This document shows, piece by piece, positions 59,357 to 64,000 of a stretch of DNA of 64,000 nt. The notes beneath the pieces were generated by a model that saw only the letters and a list, made by a program, of their open reading frames with translations, had not been told where the DNA came from and made no database searches. Numbering within the stretch: position 1 is the first letter of the stretch; every line of letters starts with the position of its first letter. The position numbers and the translations under genes were made by a program. Origin of the DNA: Gammaproteobacteria bacterium (lineage in GTDB: Bacteria > Pseudomonadota > Gammaproteobacteria > QQUJ01); NCBI GenBank assembly GCA_050287605.1, contig JBNKCG010000119.1, positions 15,095-79,094 on the forward strand, written 5' to 3'.

Positions 59357-60217
59357 ATGAAACCCGCAATGCCCCGCGACATCGAGATCCAGACCCGCTA
59401 CCTGCGCATCGCCGCCAAACAGTGGGGCGATCCCGACGGCATTCCCGTGCTGGCCCTCCACGGCTGGCTGGACAACGCGGCCAGTTTCGACATGCTGGCC
59501 CCGCGGTTGAATGGCATCCACCTGATCGCGGTGGACATGCCCGGTCACGGAATCTCCGAGCCGCGTCCGCCAGGCATCCCTTATCACTTCATCGACTCCA
59601 TCCCCGAGGTGGTGGCCATCGCCGACGCCCTGGGATGGCGGCGGTTTTCGCTGCTGGCGCACTCGCTAGGCGCCGGCATTGCCGCCGTGGCGGCCGGAAC
59701 GGTACCCGAGCGCATCGAACGCCTTGCCCTGATCGAAGGGCTGGGGCCGTGGTCGGGCGAAGCGGAAGATTGTCCCGCACAGTTGGCCGAAGCCACCGGT
59801 CACCTGCTCTACAAAGAGCGCCAGCGCGCACCCCGTTACGCCTCGCTGGAAGAGGCGGCACGGGCGCGCCAGAACGCGGGGGACCTCAGCTTCGAATCGG
59901 CGCTGGCCTTGGCGCGGCGCGGGACGCTTAAGGTGGGCGATCGCTTCACTTGGCGCAGCGATCGACGCCTCACCTACCGCTCGCCCATCTACCTCACCGA
60001 GTCGCAGGTGCGCGCGTTTCTGAAACGCATTGCGGCGCCGACGCTGCTCATCTGGGGAGAAGCGGGGCTCGATTCGCCGCGCCAACATCTGGAGGAGCGC
60101 AAGGCGCTGGTCGCCGATCTCGATTTCCGCCGTCTTCCCGGCGGGCATCACCTGCACATGGACAACCCGGAACCGGTCGCGGAGGCGGTGCAGGCGTTTC
60201 TGGTGCCTCCGGCGTAA
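59357..60217 (+). CDS. Alpha/beta fold hydrolase
   Basis: LHGWLDNAASF, AHSLG, GGHHLHM; start approximate. Confidence 0.9.
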   Translation: MKPAMPRDIEIQTRYLRIAAKQWGDPDGIPVLALHGWLDNAASFDMLAPRLNGIHLIAVDMPGHGISEPRPPGIPYHFIDSIPEVVAIADALGWRRFSLLAHSLGAGIAAVAAGTVPERIERLALIEGLGPWSGEAEDCPAQLAEATGHLLYKERQRAPRYASLEEAARARQNAGDLSFESALALARRGTLKVGDRFTWRSDRRLTYRSPIYLTESQVRAFLKRIAAPTLLIWGEAGLDSPRQHLEERKALVADLDFRRLPGGHHLHMDNPEPVAEAVQAFLVPPA

Positions 60218-60223
60218 ACCCGG

Positions 60224-62623
60224 TCAGATAGAGATGCGCACCCGCGGCGTCGACTCGTCGCCGAGCACCGGCTCGGGATTGCACACGATGAGGCGCTTGG
60301 GCTCCACGTCGCCCTGTTTGACCAGATACGCCTTGACCGCCTGACCGCGGCGCGCGGCCAGTTCCCACAGCGCTTTGGCCTGTTCGTCATTGGGCTCGCG
60401 CGCAGCCGGAGTCGCCTGGGAGGGAGTTGGTGGAATAGCGGGCGCCGCGTTCTCCTCGGCGGCGGCGGGCTGGGCGGCCGGCGCCGGGTTCACGGCCGGC
60501 GGCGCGGGGAAGAGCCGCTCGAAATCGGAGCGCGTCGCCTCGCCGCACAGGACAAGCCGCACCTGGGGACGTTCGCGGAGCAGCTTGGCAAGCTCACCCA
60601 GGGGTTGGTGTGCCGCGGCCGGCAACGCGGCATCGCCTACGGCAAAGGCGACGGGCTCGAAACTCAACCCCGTGGCCAGATCCAGCACCGCACCGACGAG
60701 CTTTAGCAGGCCGAACGGTGAGTAGTAGGCGACGATGGCGCTCTTGATGGCCTTGCCCATCACCTTGCCCAGCACGTTGCGCACCGAGACGTCGGGGCTG
60801 CCCACCTCCCCCGCAATGGGCAGGCTGAGCCGGATGGCATCGTCGCTATCGCGCAGCAGCGAGAGCGCGGCGTTGAGCGGTATCCCCAGCTCCTGCTCCG
60901 CCGAGCCCGCCAGCTCCTTCTCCGACATAGGGCTCAGTTCCAGCTTCTGCAGTTCCAGCTCCACCGTGCTGTCCAGCCGGCCGTCGGCGATGGCGATCTT
61001 CAGCTCGGCGTCGAGGCTGCCCTGGCGAATGTTCTGCTGCAGCGTATCGCGTGCATACGAGGTGGCAGGCGCCAGATCCACGCCACTGAGGGTGCCGCTG
61101 AGTTTGAGATCGAGCCGCGGGGCGAAGGGTTTCACCTCACCGGACAACGCCAGTTTGCCGTATTCGCCGATGCCCGCCTCCACCGTCAGCGGCGAGGCTT
61201 GGTTGGGGGCACTGTTGTCGAGCCGTTCGACGGTCACGCGGATGCCGCCAACGGTTTCGCGATAGGGTGGCGCGACCTTTTGATCATCCAGCGTCACGGC
61301 GCCGCCGCCATCAATGCGCAACTCGCCGACGACCAGTTGCAGGGGATGGCGCGCCTCGTCCTGCGCAGGTACATCCTGAGTGGTCGGCGCGGCCAGCCAA
61401 TCGACCACTTCCCATTGCCCTGCCGCGCTGCGGGCAAACCACAACTTGGGCGTTTCCAGGTGCAGTCGATCGATGCGCAGCTGCGTGGGGTCGGGCATAG
61501 CCAGTCCCGCGACGGAGACGGTTTGCAGCGTAGCGATGCTGGCAGGTGTCCCGTCGGCCGGCGCCTGACGCTGGAGGGCGCTGATGCCGCTGGCCGTCGC
61601 CTGCTGCAGCGTCACGTTGCGCTGACCACCCAGCCCCTCGATGCGTAGCGCCTCCAACGCCAGGGCTTCGATTCCCGCCATGGGTTGTCCCGTGTGCGGT
61701 CCCTGGGTTTGCCGCAACGTCGCATTTTGCGCCCGTACCGCCTGCAGTTGCAGCAATTCGCCCCGCACCACCCCAAATTCCCCCAGCTCCAGTTCGGCGA
61801 GGGTGAACCACTCCGGCAGGTGCGCGCGATGCAGCGGATCGGCCAACCGCAATCCGCGGAGGGTGACGCGCTCGGCACCCACCGAGCCATCCGTCTGCGC
61901 GTGCAGCCCATCGACGGTCAGTCCCTTGAAAGCGGCGCGCGGCTGTTGCGCATCCTGGGCGACCACCTCCACTCCCTGCCAGCGCAACGAGCCGTTCACC
62001 TCCCACGGCAGCTGCCGGTCAGCCTCCGGCGACTGCGGTCCCGCCACCACCTCGCCGCGCCAGGTGAGATCGTCCCAGCGTGCGCACACGTCGGCGAATC
62101 CGCTTTGTAGCGGGTCGTCTTGCGCCGCGGTCGACGGGTCACGGTAGCAGGCCCGTAGATCGGCAATGTGTACCTCACCGAGGCGATAGCGCCAGGGAGA
62201 AGGTTCCGTTGCGGCGCCGGGCGATGGCGCCGCGGTCTGGGCGCCCGCCACGGGAACCGATAACCCCGCCACACGCCAAGCTCCATCCGCCCCTCGGGTG
62301 GCATCGATCTGCAGTCCGTCGATTTCGATGCCGGCAATGCGCAGCTCCCGGTTCCACAAGGGGCTCCAGCGCCAGGTAATGCGCAGCTGCGCCAGCTGGA
62401 ATCCGCCACCGTCGGGTGCCTTGCCGTGCGCACCCTGCACCACAAGCCATCCCTCGCTGAGATCCAGATCGACGCGCTCGATGGCCGCCTCCAGTCCCTG
62501 GTCGCGCAGCCACTTTTCACCCCCCCAGCGCAGGGCGGAGGGCATGGCAAAGATCGCGGCGATGAGCAGCACCAGCACCACCGTCAACACGATAGACAAC
62601 TTGAAAAACAGCGCTTTAATCAT
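60224..62623 (-). CDS. DUF748/AsmA-like protein with C-terminal OmpA-like region
   Basis: N-terminal TM, beta-rich repeats, PLNAALSLLRD..I.LSLPI.G, LAARRGQAVKAYL. Confidence 0.75.
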   Translation of the reverse strand: MIKALFFKLSIVLTVVLVLLIAAIFAMPSALRWGGEKWLRDQGLEAAIERVDLDLSEGWLVVQGAHGKAPDGGGFQLAQLRITWRWSPLWNRELRIAGIEIDGLQIDATRGADGAWRVAGLSVPVAGAQTAAPSPGAATEPSPWRYRLGEVHIADLRACYRDPSTAAQDDPLQSGFADVCARWDDLTWRGEVVAGPQSPEADRQLPWEVNGSLRWQGVEVVAQDAQQPRAAFKGLTVDGLHAQTDGSVGAERVTLRGLRLADPLHRAHLPEWFTLAELELGEFGVVRGELLQLQAVRAQNATLRQTQGPHTGQPMAGIEALALEALRIEGLGGQRNVTLQQATASGISALQRQAPADGTPASIATLQTVSVAGLAMPDPTQLRIDRLHLETPKLWFARSAAGQWEVVDWLAAPTTQDVPAQDEARHPLQLVVGELRIDGGGAVTLDDQKVAPPYRETVGGIRVTVERLDNSAPNQASPLTVEAGIGEYGKLALSGEVKPFAPRLDLKLSGTLSGVDLAPATSYARDTLQQNIRQGSLDAELKIAIADGRLDSTVELELQKLELSPMSEKELAGSAEQELGIPLNAALSLLRDSDDAIRLSLPIAGEVGSPDVSVRNVLGKVMGKAIKSAIVAYYSPFGLLKLVGAVLDLATGLSFEPVAFAVGDAALPAAAHQPLGELAKLLRERPQVRLVLCGEATRSDFERLFPAPPAVNPAPAAQPAAAEENAAPAIPPTPSQATPAAREPNDEQAKALWELAARRGQAVKAYLVKQGDVEPKRLIVCNPEPVLGDESTPRVRISI

Positions 62624-62899
62624 TGATTTTCAACAAATAAAAAGCAGAAACCATCACGACATTCGCGGCCAACTCCGGCCCACACCCAACTCTGTTTGTA
62701 CACGCAAGTGGCCGCCGCGCAACCCCATGTACGGTGACCCAGGCCGCGGCGACTGCAGCAGCGCGCTTCACCAGCGGCAATGCCCCTCACTCCCGCAGAG
62801 ACTCGTGAGCCGGAGCACTGCGACACCCGGCGGGCCATCAGGAATATAGATCACCGGCGGCGTCTCCAGTACCCTGTTCTTAGGAGGAGGTACCGTCGT

Positions 62900-63595
62900 A
62901 TGAACCGTCAAGCACACCAGCCCCTGGAGCCGGTGCACTATCTGCAATCCGGCACCTACGTCGACGCCGATCATCCCGACGTCCAAGATTTCACCCACGC
63001 ACATATCGCACGCGGCGAGTCGCCACGCGAAAACGCCGTGCGTCTCTACTTGGCAGTGCGTGACGACATCGTCTATGACCCCTATTTCGTGGGGCCAGAT
63101 CTTCGCTATTTCCGCGCCAGCGACTGCCTGCAGCGACGCCGGGGCTTCTGCATTCCCAAAGCGGCGCTGCTGGCGGCATGCGCGCGGGTGGCGGGTATCC
63201 CGGCACGGGTCGGCTACGCTGACGTGCGCAATCACCTCTCGACGGAGAAGCTGGACGAACTCGTCGGCGGTAACGTCTACACCTGGCACAGCTACACCGA
63301 CCTGTTCCTGGACGGGCACTGGGTCAAAGCGACCCCCGCTTTCAACAAAGCGTTGTGCGAACGTTTCGGGGTGCACGTACTGGAATTCGATGGCCGTACC
63401 GATTCGCTGTTTCAGCAATTCAATAAAGCCGGCCACCGCCATATGGAGTACGTACGCGAACGCGGCGTGTTCGAGGATGTGCCCTACGAATCGATCCTGG
63501 CGGATTTTGAGCGTCACCACAGCAAGTGGCTGCACCACCGTGCCGATCTCAACGATGCGATGTTCGAGCACCGCGGCCAATCCGCCTCCCCCTGA
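62900..63595 (+). CDS. Transglutaminase-like family protein
   Basis: VRDDIVYDPY, GFCIPKAALL, GIPAR, DVRNHL, WVKATPAFN; RBS AGGAGG. Confidence 0.88.
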   Translation: MNRQAHQPLEPVHYLQSGTYVDADHPDVQDFTHAHIARGESPRENAVRLYLAVRDDIVYDPYFVGPDLRYFRASDCLQRRRGFCIPKAALLAACARVAGIPARVGYADVRNHLSTEKLDELVGGNVYTWHSYTDLFLDGHWVKATPAFNKALCERFGVHVLEFDGRTDSLFQQFNKAGHRHMEYVRERGVFEDVPYESILADFERHHSKWLHHRADLNDAMFEHRGQSASP

Positions 63596-63784
63596 CACGG
63601 TCCTTGGGGTGCTCCCGCGGTGATGCGTTGTATTCGGGTCACTTTTGGTTGATCATTCAAGCTAAAAATAATATTAAACAAATAGTTAACGTGTTTAGTT
63701 AACGTAGGTTAACCGGCGCTTTCCCCACATTCCATCTTTATGCCACCCCCTCCCCCGGGGGTGTGACTTGCCTTTTTATTTTTA

Positions 63785-63818
63785 CTGGTCATAATAACAG
63801 CACTGGCTATTAAAACAG
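63785..63818 (+). promoter_or_regulatory. Two tandem LexA (SOS) boxes overlapping the lexA promoter
   Basis: CTGGTCATAATAACAG (63785-63800) and CTGGCTATTAAAACAG (63803-63818), both CTG-N10-CAG; TTGCCT/CATAAT -35/-10-like hexamers. Confidence 0.85.
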
Positions 63819-63826
63819 GCCCCGCC

Positions 63827-64000
63827 ATGACCGAGAAACTGACGCCGCGCCAGGCTGAGATTCTGGACTTCATCCGTGAGCATATCGAAGCAGAAGGACT
63901 GCCGCCGACCCGCGCCGAGATCGCCGATGCCTTGGGTTTTCGCTCCATCAACGCCGCCGTCGATCATCTCAAGGCGCTGGCCCGCAAGGGGGCCATCGAA
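63827..64000 (+). CDS. lexA: LexA repressor, partial (5' end; absent from ORF track)
   Basis: Manual translation: [58 protein letters not shown]. Confidence 0.95.
   Translation, partial: MTEKLTPRQAEILDFIREHIEAEGLPPTRAEIADALGFRSINAAVDHLKALARKGAIE

Overview
GC-rich proteobacterial chromosome segment, most likely a Gammaproteobacterium (mfd-csiV next to mtiP/hpt-like genes; lexA with CTG-N10-CAG SOS boxes). Most of the window is recognisable: partial NAD kinase, two GGDEF-EAL sensors, a Cys-type formate dehydrogenase operon with maturation genes, Moco genes (moaA/D/E, mobA/B, moeA, fdhD), two sigma54 two-component systems, cytochromes c, mfd and partial lexA. The standout is a tightly packed 14-gene minus-strand operon (15045->5542) with a divergent type 2 IPP isomerase. 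It combines isoprenoid enzymes (class I isoprenoid-synthase-like protein, geranylgeranyl-reductase-family protein), a GH13 glucanase and 11 uncharacterised proteins without obvious signal peptides. These include two paralogous 'RWCE' beta-proteins, His/Cys-rich tails, Ig-like and beta-repeat proteins, and an amphipathic G-[LIF]-E-[VL]-[AL] helix motif recurring in five proteins, including the reductase C-terminus. My inference is an undescribed self-assembling isoprenoid-associated compartment or coat. Two copies of a 9-bp-periodic inverted-repeat element and three candidate sigma54 promoters were also seen. All family calls come from motif recognition by eye; no database searches were run.
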